DNA of 64,000 bases from Acidimicrobiia bacterium (lineage in GTDB: Bacteria > Actinomycetota > Acidimicrobiia > Spongiisociales > SHLN01), in NCBI GenBank assembly GCA_041567895.1, contig JBFGAX010000008.1:1223-65222 (forward strand), in the 5' to 3' direction. The notes beneath the pieces are model-generated. The model was not told the DNA's origin, did not search any database, and saw only the letters and a program-made list of their open reading frames with translations. Below are positions 38,450 to 48,604 of this stretch, piece by piece (the first letter of the stretch is position 1; each line of letters starts with the position of its first letter). A program made the position numbers and the translations under genes.

Positions 38450-39898
38450 TTGGACGCCGGCGACGTGCAACTTTCGCATCCTTTCGGATCCACGACGTTC
38501 TACCGCCATGGTTGGCATTCCTGGGGCTTGACCCACTGGGCCCTCATGGACGAGGAACCCGTGCGGGTTCGTGACAGGGAGCGACGCCGGCTGTCTGGTG
38601 ACCCCCTGTTGGTCGATGATCGGGGTCACGTAGGCAACTATGTCGGAGCGATATCGGGACCCGACGGCAACGCGTTGTTATTGGGAGCACTCGGAATGGA
38701 CACCATCGTCGAAGCCACGACGTCCACGCTGTCGGGGACATCGCGAGGGGAGCCTGCACGTTGGTTTCTGGCCTACGGGCCAGAACAAGATGTGTTCGGG
38801 TCATATGCCGAGATATTGCGCCGGGAGCTCGGTTCGGTGCGCCAGGATCCAGGGCACGTGTGGTGCAGCTGGTACTCGTTTTATCAGGCGATCACGGAAC
38901 CTTCGATGCACGAAGCACTCACCGGGATCGAGGGCATCGGCTTTGACGTCTTTCAGCTCGACGACGGATGGCAGATCGAAATTGGAACATGGGACGCCGG
39001 CCCTGAGTTCCCTTCAGGCATGAAGGCCATGGCCAGCGCCATCTCCGACGCGGGTTACCGGCCAGGTCTGTGGATCGCTCCGTTCATCGTCCACGAGCGA
39101 TCGGAAAACATCCGACCCGAGATTCTGGTATGCGATGGCGATGGCAATCCGATGATCGCCGGCTACAACTGGGGAGGCCGGTACTACGCAATCGATGTCA
39201 CGTCCGAAGGCGGACGCAAACACGTCACCGATGCCGTTCGACGCGCCGTCGCGTGGGGGTTCACGTACCTCAAGCTCGACTTCATCTTCGCCGCTGCCAT
39301 ACCCGGGGTGAGGGTCGGCGAACTCACGGGTGATGCCGCCTATCGTTACGGCATCGAGCTCATCCGCCAAACCGTTGGCGACGACGTCTATCTGCTCGGT
39401 TGCGGCAGCCCCATTCTGCCTTCCATCGGCATTTTCAATGGCATCAGGATCGGCCCCGACGTTGCGCCCTATTGGGAGAACGACCTCAACAAGTTCCTGC
39501 ACCAGGATTACTCGTCACCGGCACTGAGATACGCGATTTCGACGAGCCTGAACCGGTTGTGGCTCAAACCCCTCGTTGCCATCGACCCCGATGTCGCCTA
39601 CTTTCGAACGCGGTATGCAATCTTGAAGGACGCCCACCGACAACTCATGGCGGACATGTGTCAGGTGTGCGGCTACCTGGCGACTTCGGATCCGCCGTGG
39701 TGGTTGAGCCCGGGCGAAACCCAGCAATTGCAGGCCTGGTTGGCCCACGACCCCGCGATCGAACGTGTCGACCGATATCGATTTTCGATTGATGGGCGCA
39801 TGGTCGATTTTGAGCCTGCAACGCTCGACGGTCCGATCCGTTCGCAGCCCGGCCAGGGTGCCGAGGTGGCGTTGCCCATTCCCCATGTCGACCGATGA
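38450..39898 (+). CDS. Alpha-galactosidase (GH36/GH27 clan, melibiase-like)
   Basis: It carries FQLDDGWQ, GLWIAPF, the nucleophile motif FTYLKLDF and GCGSPI. The start is uncertain. There is no ATG after the DeoR gene, so I chose the TTG at 38450 (alternative GTG at 38465). The track start at 38129 overlaps the DeoR gene. Confidence 0.8.
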   Translation: MDAGDVQLSHPFGSTTFYRHGWHSWGLTHWALMDEEPVRVRDRERRRLSGDPLLVDDRGHVGNYVGAISGPDGNALLLGALGMDTIVEATTSTLSGTSRGEPARWFLAYGPEQDVFGSYAEILRRELGSVRQDPGHVWCSWYSFYQAITEPSMHEALTGIEGIGFDVFQLDDGWQIEIGTWDAGPEFPSGMKAMASAISDAGYRPGLWIAPFIVHERSENIRPEILVCDGDGNPMIAGYNWGGRYYAIDVTSEGGRKHVTDAVRRAVAWGFTYLKLDFIFAAAIPGVRVGELTGDAAYRYGIELIRQTVGDDVYLLGCGSPILPSIGIFNGIRIGPDVAPYWENDLNKFLHQDYSSPALRYAISTSLNRLWLKPLVAIDPDVAYFRTRYAILKDAHRQLMADMCQVCGYLATSDPPWWLSPGETQQLQAWLAHDPAIERVDRYRFSIDGRMVDFEPATLDGPIRSQPGQGAEVALPIPHVDR

Positions 39899-40920
39899 CC
39901 GACATGTCTCCCCACCGCCGGTACAACCCGCTGACCGACAGCTGGGTGCTTGTGTCACCCTACCGAACGGACAGGCCCTGGCTCGGTCGGGTAGACCGGG
40001 GAATCTCTGAAGACTTGCCTGCTTACGACCCGACTTGTGCCCTGTGTCCCGGCAACGACCGGGCTCACGGCACATCCACACCCGACTACACATCTACGTT
40101 CGTGTTCGACAACGATTTCCCGGCAGTCCTCACCGAGCCAGGGACGTTGCCTGCCACGACGTCTCCCTTGCTGCAGCAGCAACCGATTTCGGGCACGGCC
40201 AGGGTCATCTGCTTTTCACCTCAACACAACCTCTCACTGGCCCGAATGGAGGTCGCTGCCATCAGAGCGGTCATCGACGCCTGGGTTGTCCAAACCAACG
40301 AACTCGAAACGACCCACGAGTGGATTCAAATATTTGAAAACAAGGGCGAGCAAATGGGGGCTTCCAACCCGCATCCCCACGGACAGATCTGGGCAACGTC
40401 ATCGATACCAACGCTCGCGGCCACCGAGCAAAGAACCCAGGCAGACTATTTCGAACGCGAGGGACGTAATTTGCTGGCCGACTATGCCAAGACCGAAGCC
40501 GGCTCGGAGCGGGTTGTCATCGACCGGGATGGCTTCGTCGCTCTCGTTCCTTATTGGGCGTCGTGGCCGTTCGAGATCCTGTTGATCCCGAGATTCGAAG
40601 CTCAACGACTCGGAGATCTCGCTGACGAGGATCGGGATGCGTTGGCGTCGGTTCTCTCGGAGCTCCTGATTCGATATGACAATCTATTCGAAACCAGCTT
40701 CCCCTACTCGATGGGTTGGCACGGGGCACCTGGCCGGGACAAAGCCCCGGATTGGCAACTCCACGCCCACTTCTATCCGCCGCTTCTTCGCTCTGCCATG
40801 GTGCGAAAGTTCATGGTCGGGTATGAAATGCTCGGAGAGCCTCAGCGGGACATCACACCGGAACGAGCTGCGGCCCGGTTGCGTGAAGTCGACACGATTC
40901 ACTATCTCGACCATGGCTGA
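39895..40920 (+). CDS. galT: Galactose-1-phosphate uridylyltransferase
   Basis: 341 aa. It has the zinc motif CALCPGN and the catalytic His-Pro-His (SNPHPHGQIWA). The start overlaps the alpha-galactosidase stop (ATGA). Confidence 0.93.
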   Translation: MTDMSPHRRYNPLTDSWVLVSPYRTDRPWLGRVDRGISEDLPAYDPTCALCPGNDRAHGTSTPDYTSTFVFDNDFPAVLTEPGTLPATTSPLLQQQPISGTARVICFSPQHNLSLARMEVAAIRAVIDAWVVQTNELETTHEWIQIFENKGEQMGASNPHPHGQIWATSSIPTLAATEQRTQADYFEREGRNLLADYAKTEAGSERVVIDRDGFVALVPYWASWPFEILLIPRFEAQRLGDLADEDRDALASVLSELLIRYDNLFETSFPYSMGWHGAPGRDKAPDWQLHAHFYPPLLRSAMVRKFMVGYEMLGEPQRDITPERAAARLREVDTIHYLDHG

Positions 40921-42055
40921 CTCAACCATGGCTGACCGCCCGGCTCGAGATCGAGCAGTCGACCACTTCAGAACAGCATTCGATCGATCACCCCGAGCGT
41001 TGATTCGAGCGCCAGGTCGCGTCAACCTGATCGGCGAACACACCGATTACAACGGTGGCTTCGTGCTCCCGATGGCTCTGGACCATGCCACCGTCATCGC
41101 GTTTGAACCCGGCGACGACCACCGCATCCGGCTGGTGTCCGAGAACCACCGCCCTGTCGGGTTCTCCACGCAAGACAGCTCAGCCGAGAGGGGATGGGGC
41201 AACTACGTCAAAGGCATGGTGGTCCGTCTGGCAGACGCCGGCTGGGAATCTGCCGGTTTCAACGCAGCCATCGCCACCGATATACCCATCGGGGCAGGCC
41301 TCTCATCGTCTGCGGCTCTCGAGGTGGGCGTAGGACTGGCGGTCGCAGCCGATATCGACCGCGTAGAGCTCGCCCATCACGCCCAATGGGTGGAAAACGA
41401 GTGGATGGGCATGCCGTCCGGCATCATGGACCAGCTCATCATCGCCACAGCAACGGCCGGTCACGCCAAACTCATCGACTGCCTCAGCCTGGATTCCACT
41501 GATCACCCGATTCCAGATGACGTTGCAGTGGTGGTTCTGGACACCACGACGCGTCGATCACTCGTGGGATCCCAATACGCCGAGCGGCGAGCGTCGTGCG
41601 AACGGGTGGCGCATGCCCTCGGCGTGCAGCTTCTCCGCGATGTGACGCTCACTGACATCAACGATGCCGCTCTCGACGTCGTCGATCGTGCACGGGCCCG
41701 CCACGTTATCGAGGAGAACGATCGGACCGTTCAGGCCGCTCACGCTCTCGCTTCCAGGGACCCCGAACGCGTGGGCCAGCTCATGAAGGAAAGCCATGTC
41801 TCCATGCGCGATCTCTTTGACATCTCGAGCCATGCCCTCAACGCCATCGTTGAAGCAGCCGCCTCGGCACCTGGTTGCTACGGGGCCCGCATGACGGGCG
41901 GCGGCTTTGCCGGTTGTGCGGTTGCGTTGGTTGACCGCTCATCGCTTGCCGACTTCATGGACGCGACGACCACGTCGTACCATGCCTCGACGGGCCTCTC
42001 GCCGTCGGTATATCCCTCGCATGCCGCCGGCGCGGCGACCATCGAAGCGCTGTAG
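40913..42055 (+). CDS. galK: Galactokinase
   Basis: It has the signature GRVNLIGEHTDYNGG and the GHMP motif PIGAGLSSSAALEV. The ATG at 40913 overlaps the galT stop. A second in-frame ATG at 40928 arises from a 15-nt duplication. Confidence 0.93.
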   Translation: MADSTMADRPARDRAVDHFRTAFDRSPRALIRAPGRVNLIGEHTDYNGGFVLPMALDHATVIAFEPGDDHRIRLVSENHRPVGFSTQDSSAERGWGNYVKGMVVRLADAGWESAGFNAAIATDIPIGAGLSSSAALEVGVGLAVAADIDRVELAHHAQWVENEWMGMPSGIMDQLIIATATAGHAKLIDCLSLDSTDHPIPDDVAVVVLDTTTRRSLVGSQYAERRASCERVAHALGVQLLRDVTLTDINDAALDVVDRARARHVIEENDRTVQAAHALASRDPERVGQLMKESHVSMRDLFDISSHALNAIVEAAASAPGCYGARMTGGGFAGCAVALVDRSSLADFMDATTTSYHASTGLSPSVYPSHAAGAATIEAL

Positions 42056-42075
42056 ACCCGATTCTCGAATCGACG

Positions 42076-42846
42076 CTATCTCCCGCGCCACACCGGGTCA
42101 CGTCCCTCGGCGAAAGCTCTTGGACCCTCCAGTGCATCTTCCGAACGAAGCATGGTCTGATAGGCGGGGACCTCGCGAAGAGCACGATACGCCTCACGTA
42201 ATGGGAGATGCCCCACTGTTTGTATGGCTTCCAGGACCGCAGAAACGGCGAGCGGTGCTGCCGATACGAGGCGATCGGCGAGCTCGCGAGCCGAATCCAT
42301 GAGCCGGTCTCGGGAACAAACCGCATTGACCAGACCGCGCTGCATCGCCTCTTCCGCGCCCATTCTCCGACCGGTCAGCAACAACTCTTTGGCGAGCGCC
42401 GGCGGCAGCATGCGCGGGAGCCGGATGGATCCGGCGTCTGGAATGATTCCAACCGCCACCTCACCGAAGAAGAACTCTGCCGTATCGACTGCTACGACGA
42501 AATCGGCCGCCAGAACCAGCTCGAAACCTCCACCAACGGCCAACCCGTTGACTGCGGCGATGACCGGCTTGTTCAGGCCGGGCAGCTCGGCGAAGCCACC
42601 GAAACCGCCCTCTCCGTAATCAGCTTCAAACGCCTCACCACGTGCCGCAGCTTTCAGGTCCCATCCCGCGCTGAAAAACCGATCGCCCGATCCGGTGAAA
42701 ATGGCTACCCGGTAGGCCGGATCGTCCCTGAACTCGACGAATACAGATCCGAGTTCCCGGCTGGTCGCTGCGTCAATCGCATTGGCATTCGGACGGTCGA
42801 GGGTGACTTCAAAGACGGCGTCGCGACGTTCGACCGAGACCGTCAT
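42076..42846 (-). CDS. caiD: Carnitinyl-CoA dehydratase / crotonobetainyl-CoA hydratase (crotonase fold)
   Basis: 256 aa. It is collinear with my recollection of E. coli CaiD: LDRPNANAID, FFSAGWDLKAAARGE, KPVIAAVNG.A.GGGFEL.LAADF, LTGRRMGAEEA, SEDALEGPRAFAEGRDPVWRGR. Confidence 0.88.
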   Translation of the reverse strand: MTVSVERRDAVFEVTLDRPNANAIDAATSRELGSVFVEFRDDPAYRVAIFTGSGDRFFSAGWDLKAAARGEAFEADYGEGGFGGFAELPGLNKPVIAAVNGLAVGGGFELVLAADFVVAVDTAEFFFGEVAVGIIPDAGSIRLPRMLPPALAKELLLTGRRMGAEEAMQRGLVNAVCSRDRLMDSARELADRLVSAAPLAVSAVLEAIQTVGHLPLREAYRALREVPAYQTMLRSEDALEGPRAFAEGRDPVWRGR

Positions 42847-43181
42847 TTCTTCCTGGCGGCTCGTGCGGTCTCCAGCGCAACGGATGCCCTGGCCATCAGT
42901 GCATCTTCGTCGGACAGTTCGGACTCTGAGATCGACCAGTAGGGCATCCGCCCATGACCGACAGATCCGTTGGCCTCCAGGTCGGCGACCTGCTCGTCAT
43001 CCGCGCGAAAGAATCCGATACCTGCCGAATCGACGAGGCCAAACATCACATCGTCGCAGAAGATGCCGAAGCCGCCGAACATCTTCCTGGACTTCACGGC
43101 CCCCAGAGACTGGAGCGAGTCGACGAGATGCTCGGCCGCAACTGCGGCATCGCCTGTCATCCTGGCGCCCTTTTCACCCAT
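42843..43181 (-). CDS. TfoX N-terminal-domain-only protein
   Basis: 112 aa. LGAVKSRKMFGGFGIFCDDVMFGLV is the hallmark of the TfoX_N fold. It overlaps both neighbours (4 nt and 8 nt). An alternative ATG lies at 43160. Confidence 0.6.
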   Translation of the reverse strand: MGEKGARMTGDAAVAAEHLVDSLQSLGAVKSRKMFGGFGIFCDDVMFGLVDSAGIGFFRADDEQVADLEANGSVGHGRMPYWSISESELSDEDALMARASVALETARAARKK

Positions 43182-45189
43182 GACTTTTCACAATCACTGC
43201 GTCCACGGCTACCGCTCCTTCCGGGGTCACGACAAGAGGATTCACCTCGACGGTATCGAATTCTCGGTGCTCGAGTGCCACCCGACAAATCTTGTCGATC
43301 GCGTCGACCACGAATTGGGGATCGATCGTCGGCCGGCCGCGGTAGCCGTTGAGAAGAGCCGCCACCGAAAGCGACTCGAGTGCCCGCCGAATGGCTGAAG
43401 CGTCAGCGGGAAGCAGCAGGTGCGCTGCATCGTTGGCGAGTTCGGTCAACTCTCCACCTGCACCGATTGTGAGGAGCCAGCCCAGTCCGTCGTGGCGGCG
43501 TACCCCGACAAGCAGTTCTGCCACTCCCCCCGCGATCATCTGCTCGACGAGGTACGAGTTCGACGATGGCATTACACGTGTTGCGGCCACGACGTCCTCG
43601 ACGGATTCGAGGTAGAGCATGACCCCGCCAGTGTCCGACTTGTGCACGGCGCCTACGATCTTGAGCGCCACCGGAAAACCGATATCGGCGGCGACGTCAC
43701 CAGGACGGTCGGTCACCAGCCCGTCCGGGACCGGTACCCCGGCATCGGCCAGAATCTGTTTGGCATCCCACTCGGAAAGAGAGACTCGAGCCTGGTCGTC
43801 AAATGGTGGCACGGGGTGGATGGGATGAAGCGGATTGCCAAACCGAGCTCCAAAAAACGATGCAGCCTCCAATCCTTTTAGCGTTTCGTCAATCCCGCAC
43901 ATGGGAGCTAGACCACGCTCTATGAGATGTTCTCTCAGCGCCCGAGGCATGGTTTCGGGAAGCGACGCCGTCACGACAGACGCCGTTCCCGTTCGCTCGG
44001 CAGCAGACACCATGGCGTCGATGGTCGACCACCAGGAAGAGTCATCACTGTGCGAGCGGTTTGGAAAGTCGATCACGAGCATCGCCGCGTCGAACGCTCC
44101 CGATAGCGCGGCCGTGAACGTGCCGGTCAGCGCGTCGCGGTCCCCCCATTGAAAGGTGTGATAGTCGAGCGGATTGCCAACTTCGACCAGAGCATCGAGG
44201 TGCTTGCCGACGTCGGCCGCATGCCCGGGATCGAGCGCAGGAAACTCGACGTCGTAATGCTGTGCGCGATCCGCCACCAACGACGCCTCGCCACCCGAGC
44301 AGCTCAGTGACAGCAAACGACTCCCGGAGATTGGTCCGGTGACGGTCAAGAGCTTCAAGACTTCGAGGAGCTCCGGCACCGTATTCACCCGGTAGACGCC
44401 ATAGCGGTCGAAGAGCGCACCGAAAGCAGCATCGTCGCCTGCCAGCGCAGCAGTATGAGTACGCGTGATTCCGGCCCCGAGATCAGAAACGCCGGTCTTG
44501 AGCACCACAACCGGAACCCGCTGCGCGTGGGCCGTAGCGGCAGCTTGTGCGAAGGCCGCCGCGTCACGAATCCCTTCGATGTGAAGGCCGATCGCTTCAA
44601 CCCCGGCATCGTCCAACAAGGCCAGCATTACGTCTTCGAACCCGAGTTGTGCTTGATTCCCGAGGCTCACGACATGGGTGAGGGGAACCCCGCGATCCTG
44701 CAGAGTGAAGTTGAGCGCCATGTTTCCCGACTGTGAGATGATGGCCGCGCCCAGATCCCGACGCTCCAGACCGTGCTCATCTGGCCAAAGGGCTACACCC
44801 GTGGTGGCGTTGATCAGCCCGTAGCAGTTTGGCCCGAGCAATGGCATTGCTCCGGCTGCGACCACGAGCTCGTGCTGGAGATCAACTTCGCCGACTTCCG
44901 CGAATCCCGATGCATACCCGACGACCCCGCCACACCCCCGATCCGCCAGAGTTCTGACAATGGCGATGGTGTCCTTTCTGGGCACAGCCACAAACGCAGC
45001 GTCGGGTACCGATGCCAGCTCGCCAACCGAGGCCACGGTCTTGCGGCCCCCGATCTCGGATCGATGCGGGTTTACCGGCCAGATCTCGCCGTCGAACCCC
45101 AGGGCGTCGCATTGGGCTATTACGCGCTCGGCCTCCGTACCTCCGATAACCGCTATCGACCCTGGATTGATCAGCCGGCTGAGATTCAT
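43174..45189 (-). CDS. NDP-forming acyl-CoA synthetase (fused CoA-binding, ligase-CoA and ATP-grasp domains)
   Basis: 671 aa. The N-terminus is PGSIAVIGGTEAERV...WPVNP (CoA-binding). The central section resembles a succinyl-CoA-synthetase flavodoxin domain. The C-terminus is an ATP-grasp (EWDAKQILADAGVPVP...). Confidence 0.85.
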   Translation of the reverse strand: MNLSRLINPGSIAVIGGTEAERVIAQCDALGFDGEIWPVNPHRSEIGGRKTVASVGELASVPDAAFVAVPRKDTIAIVRTLADRGCGGVVGYASGFAEVGEVDLQHELVVAAGAMPLLGPNCYGLINATTGVALWPDEHGLERRDLGAAIISQSGNMALNFTLQDRGVPLTHVVSLGNQAQLGFEDVMLALLDDAGVEAIGLHIEGIRDAAAFAQAAATAHAQRVPVVVLKTGVSDLGAGITRTHTAALAGDDAAFGALFDRYGVYRVNTVPELLEVLKLLTVTGPISGSRLLSLSCSGGEASLVADRAQHYDVEFPALDPGHAADVGKHLDALVEVGNPLDYHTFQWGDRDALTGTFTAALSGAFDAAMLVIDFPNRSHSDDSSWWSTIDAMVSAAERTGTASVVTASLPETMPRALREHLIERGLAPMCGIDETLKGLEAASFFGARFGNPLHPIHPVPPFDDQARVSLSEWDAKQILADAGVPVPDGLVTDRPGDVAADIGFPVALKIVGAVHKSDTGGVMLYLESVEDVVAATRVMPSSNSYLVEQMIAGGVAELLVGVRRHDGLGWLLTIGAGGELTELANDAAHLLLPADASAIRRALESLSVAALLNGYRGRPTIDPQFVVDAIDKICRVALEHREFDTVEVNPLVVTPEGAVAVDAVIVKSHG

Positions 45190-46013
45190 GCTGAGAACAA
45201 CTCGTCCATATCCATCAGCCCGGGACCCTGGGGACCCAGCCGCCGATCGGATAGAAGCGACCGGGCGGACTTCTCGAACGATGCCATGGCGCTCCGGTAA
45301 AAGCCTGATCCGACACTCACACGCTTCACACCCGCCTCTTCCAGGTCATCGAGACCCCATTCCTGTCCGGGCAATCCGATGAGGACGTTCACCGGCACTC
45401 CCACGCTCGCGACCACCTTCTGAATGTCCGCGAGGTCTATGAGACCCGGGGCGTATACCGCGTCGGCCCCTGCGGACTCAAACGACTGAAGCCGGCGAAT
45501 CGTATCGTCGAGATCATGTCGGTCGTGGAGGTAGTTCTCTGCCCGTGCGACGAGCACGAAAGGAAATCCGGATGATCGGGCTGCTGCCGCCCCTGCCTCA
45601 ATGCGATCGGCGGCGAGGCTCGGATCGTAGAAGGGGTCGTCCGGGTCGCCGGTGGCGTCCTCGATGCAACAACCCGAGAGGCCGGCTGCAATCGCCGACG
45701 CCACGGTCTCGGCCACCTCCATCGGCTCGTCGCCGTATCCCCGCTCGAAATCGCCTGACACCGGTAGCGTTGTTGCTTCGGCGATAGTCGTGGCATGCCA
45801 GATGGCCTCATCCCTGCTCACGGTCCGCCGCCCGTCGGCTCGCCCCATACTCCGGGCATGGCCGGCGCTCGTGGTGCCGAGCGCCTCGTAACCCATGTGC
45901 TCGAGCATGCGGGCCGAGCCGACATCCCACGGATTCGGCAGCACGAACAGCCCTGGCCTGTGGTGGAGCGCTACGAACTGCTCGCCCCGGTGCCTCTGAT
46001 CATCTTCGTCCAT
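45186..46013 (-). CDS. Isocitrate lyase / PEP mutase superfamily protein
   Basis: The ATG at 46013 is preceded by GGAGG. The protein is 275 aa, with FVLPNPWDVGSARMLEHMGYEALGTTSAG and GDFERGYG...GCCIED, motifs typical of the ICL/PEPM barrel. Confidence 0.8.
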   Translation of the reverse strand: MDEDDQRHRGEQFVALHHRPGLFVLPNPWDVGSARMLEHMGYEALGTTSAGHARSMGRADGRRTVSRDEAIWHATTIAEATTLPVSGDFERGYGDEPMEVAETVASAIAAGLSGCCIEDATGDPDDPFYDPSLAADRIEAGAAAARSSGFPFVLVARAENYLHDRHDLDDTIRRLQSFESAGADAVYAPGLIDLADIQKVVASVGVPVNVLIGLPGQEWGLDDLEEAGVKRVSVGSGFYRSAMASFEKSARSLLSDRRLGPQGPGLMDMDELFSA

Positions 46014-46014
46014 T

Positions 46015-47175
46015 TCAACCTCCCAGCGGTCGCAGCATCGCTCGGGAAATAATGTGCCGCTGAATCTCGCTGGTCCCGTCCCAAATCCGATCGACACGGG
46101 TGTCGCGCCACATGCGCTCGAGCGGCAGTTCTTCCATGAGACCCATACCACCGTAGACCTGGATCGCTTCGTCCGTCACAAACTGACACATCTCGGTGGC
46201 GAGAACTTTGGCCATGGCCGCATCGGCATCGTGCATGATTCCCCTGTCCATCTTCCAGGCAGCCTGCAATGTCTTCAGTTCAGCAGCCTCATACCGCATT
46301 TGCATATCCGCGAGCTTGAACGACACCCCCTGAAATTTGCCGATCTGGGTTCCGAACTGGCGCCGATCCACGGCCCACTGAGTGGCGAGTTGAATCGCAC
46401 GGCGTGCCCGGCCCAGACAAATTGCGGCTACTTGAAGCCGGGTCGCTCCGAGCCACTCGTTTGCCACGTCGAATCCCTCGTGGGGTTGGCCCAGCACCGA
46501 ACCGGCAGGCACCCGGCAGTCGTCGAACTTGAGGATGAAGTTGTGGTAGCCGCGATTGGATACGCTGCTATAGCCCGGCAATCGTTCAAAACCAGGCGTG
46601 TCGAAGTCAACGAGGAAGGCCGTGATCCGTTTCCTCGCACCGCGATCTGTTTCTTCCTCACCCGAAGCGGCAAAGACGATCACATAATCGGCCAGATCGG
46701 CGTGCGAAATGAAATGCTTGGTGCCGTTGAGCACCCAGTCATCACCGTCGACAATGGCCGTGCACTTCATGCCCCGTACGTCAGAGCCGGCGTCCGGCTC
46801 TGACATCGCCAAACAATCCACCCGGTCGCCGCTCACGGTCGGTATCAGATATTCGTCGATTTGCTCCGGAGTGCATGCCTGCAAAATGTTCGATGGCCGA
46901 TGAACGATGTATTGCAGCGCATAGCTCGTTGCTCCCAGTTCCCGGTCGACCAGCGCCATCGTCACGTTGTCGAGGCCGGCGCCCCCGTACTCGGCGGGCA
47001 TGTTCGCGGCATAGATCCCCGCGGCGATTGCCTTTCCCCGAATGTCGGCTACCAGCTCATCCGGAACGCGACCGGAACGCTCGACCTCCTCCTCATGCGG
47101 CATCAGCTCTCGCTCGGTGAACTCCCGAGCCGTCTCCACGATGAGTTGCTGTTCGTCGGTGAGCGCAAAATCCAT
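46015..47175 (-). CDS. Acyl-CoA dehydrogenase
   Basis: The ATG at 47175 gives MDFALTDEQQLIVETAREFTERELMPH. The protein is 386 aa, with AMSEPDAGSDV and a C-terminal IYGGMG-like QVYGGMGLMEE...IWDGTSEIQ. Confidence 0.9.
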   Translation of the reverse strand: MDFALTDEQQLIVETAREFTERELMPHEEEVERSGRVPDELVADIRGKAIAAGIYAANMPAEYGGAGLDNVTMALVDRELGATSYALQYIVHRPSNILQACTPEQIDEYLIPTVSGDRVDCLAMSEPDAGSDVRGMKCTAIVDGDDWVLNGTKHFISHADLADYVIVFAASGEEETDRGARKRITAFLVDFDTPGFERLPGYSSVSNRGYHNFILKFDDCRVPAGSVLGQPHEGFDVANEWLGATRLQVAAICLGRARRAIQLATQWAVDRRQFGTQIGKFQGVSFKLADMQMRYEAAELKTLQAAWKMDRGIMHDADAAMAKVLATEMCQFVTDEAIQVYGGMGLMEELPLERMWRDTRVDRIWDGTSEIQRHIISRAMLRPLGG

Positions 47176-47185
47176 GTGGTCGATC

Positions 47186-48604
47186 CTACGAATCCCGGTG
47201 TGCCCTGGCGATCTCGGCGAGGGCCGCGGCAGGGCCGGGAAGTATTGGCGTCGACCGGCCCGCACTGGTGTCGACATGAACCAGCACTTGCTCGATGCTC
47301 GCCACGTGGTCCTCATCCGCGTACATCTCGTGAATGAAACGAAGGCGCCTGGGGTGTACCTCGCGGACCTGTGTCGTGAACCGGAGAGCGGCATCGGCTC
47401 CCACCTCCTTCCGGTAGCTGATGTGGGTTTCAACCGTGTAGAAGGAATGGCCGCCCGCCCTGTAATCGTCGTCGATCCCTATGTAGCGAAAGAGCTTGTC
47501 GGTAGCCCAGCCGGCCGCCAGGAGGTAGGCCGACTCCGTCATGTGCCGGTTGTAGTCGACCCATTCGGGCTCGACCGGGCAGGAGTACAGCTCCAGAGGG
47601 TTCGGAATGCGGTCACCGGTTTTCCAGCGCTCCTGCTGGACGCCATGGAGCCGCTCCTCCCACCGGGCCAGGGTTTGACCCGCCCCGACGCCGTGTGCCT
47701 TGAGTCCGCGCATCACCGCAATCAGGTAGTCATCGCGCATGCGTTCGAGTTCGACGATGGAACGTTCCCCCGCCTGCATGGCTGTGCCCTCAACCATCGC
47801 ATCGACGAGATCATCGGTGAGCGGCGGGGCCACCAACTTCGTCCATGGCAGCTCCAGAGCAGGGCCGAACTGCTCGAGCATGTGGCGCATGCCCTCGTCG
47901 CCACCTGCCAGATGGAAAATGAGGTTGGTGCCCATGCCCGCCCACCGGAGACCCGGCCCGTAGGCAATGGCCTCGTCCAGCTCGCCGGTGGTGGCAACAC
48001 CGTCTTTCACGAGGTGGAGGATCTCGCGCCACATGGCCTCCTGGAGACGGTCGGACAAATAGCCCTCTATCTCGGTTCGTACCCGCAACGGATGCATTCC
48101 GAGATCTTCGTAGACCGCCGTCGCTCGTTCCAGCGCCGGTGCCGACGTCTGGCGACCCCCGAGCACCTCAACCAGTGGCAGCAGGTAGACAGGGTTGAAC
48201 GGATGCCCTATGACCAGCCGCCCGGGATGGCTGAGGCCCTCCTGCAGGAGCGAAGGCAACAAACCGGAAGAACTCGACGCCACAACAACGTCCGGATCTG
48301 CCACAGCATCGATCGCCCCGTGGACCTCCTTCTTCAGCGATTCGTGTTCCGGCACGCTCTCCTGCACGAACTCGCAAACCGAAACCACCTCCGCGACGGA
48401 ATTCGCGAACTCCAACCGGGAAGGGTCGGCGCCTGGGAACAACCCGAGCTTGCGAGCGGATTCCCAAGCCCGATCGACAGTCAGCCGAAGCCGCTCCTCG
48501 GCACCCGGAGCCGGATCGGTCGCAACGACGTCCCATCCACGAGCCAGGGCCCTGGTGGCCCATCCGGCACCGATGACTCCGGTACCGACCACGCCGAAGC
48601 GCAT
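47186..48604 (-). CDS. lcdH: L-carnitine dehydrogenase (3-hydroxyacyl-CoA-dehydrogenase fold) fused to a C-terminal hotdog thioesterase domain
   Basis: 472 aa. The N-terminal Rossmann is FGVVGTGVIGAGWA, with GHPFNPVYLLPLVEV. The C-terminal roughly 137 aa (47186-47599) are paralogous to the thioesterase at 21547-22002. Confidence 0.85.
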   Translation of the reverse strand: MRFGVVGTGVIGAGWATRALARGWDVVATDPAPGAEERLRLTVDRAWESARKLGLFPGADPSRLEFANSVAEVVSVCEFVQESVPEHESLKKEVHGAIDAVADPDVVVASSSSGLLPSLLQEGLSHPGRLVIGHPFNPVYLLPLVEVLGGRQTSAPALERATAVYEDLGMHPLRVRTEIEGYLSDRLQEAMWREILHLVKDGVATTGELDEAIAYGPGLRWAGMGTNLIFHLAGGDEGMRHMLEQFGPALELPWTKLVAPPLTDDLVDAMVEGTAMQAGERSIVELERMRDDYLIAVMRGLKAHGVGAGQTLARWEERLHGVQQERWKTGDRIPNPLELYSCPVEPEWVDYNRHMTESAYLLAAGWATDKLFRYIGIDDDYRAGGHSFYTVETHISYRKEVGADAALRFTTQVREVHPRRLRFIHEMYADEDHVASIEQVLVHVDTSAGRSTPILPGPAAALAEIARAHRDS

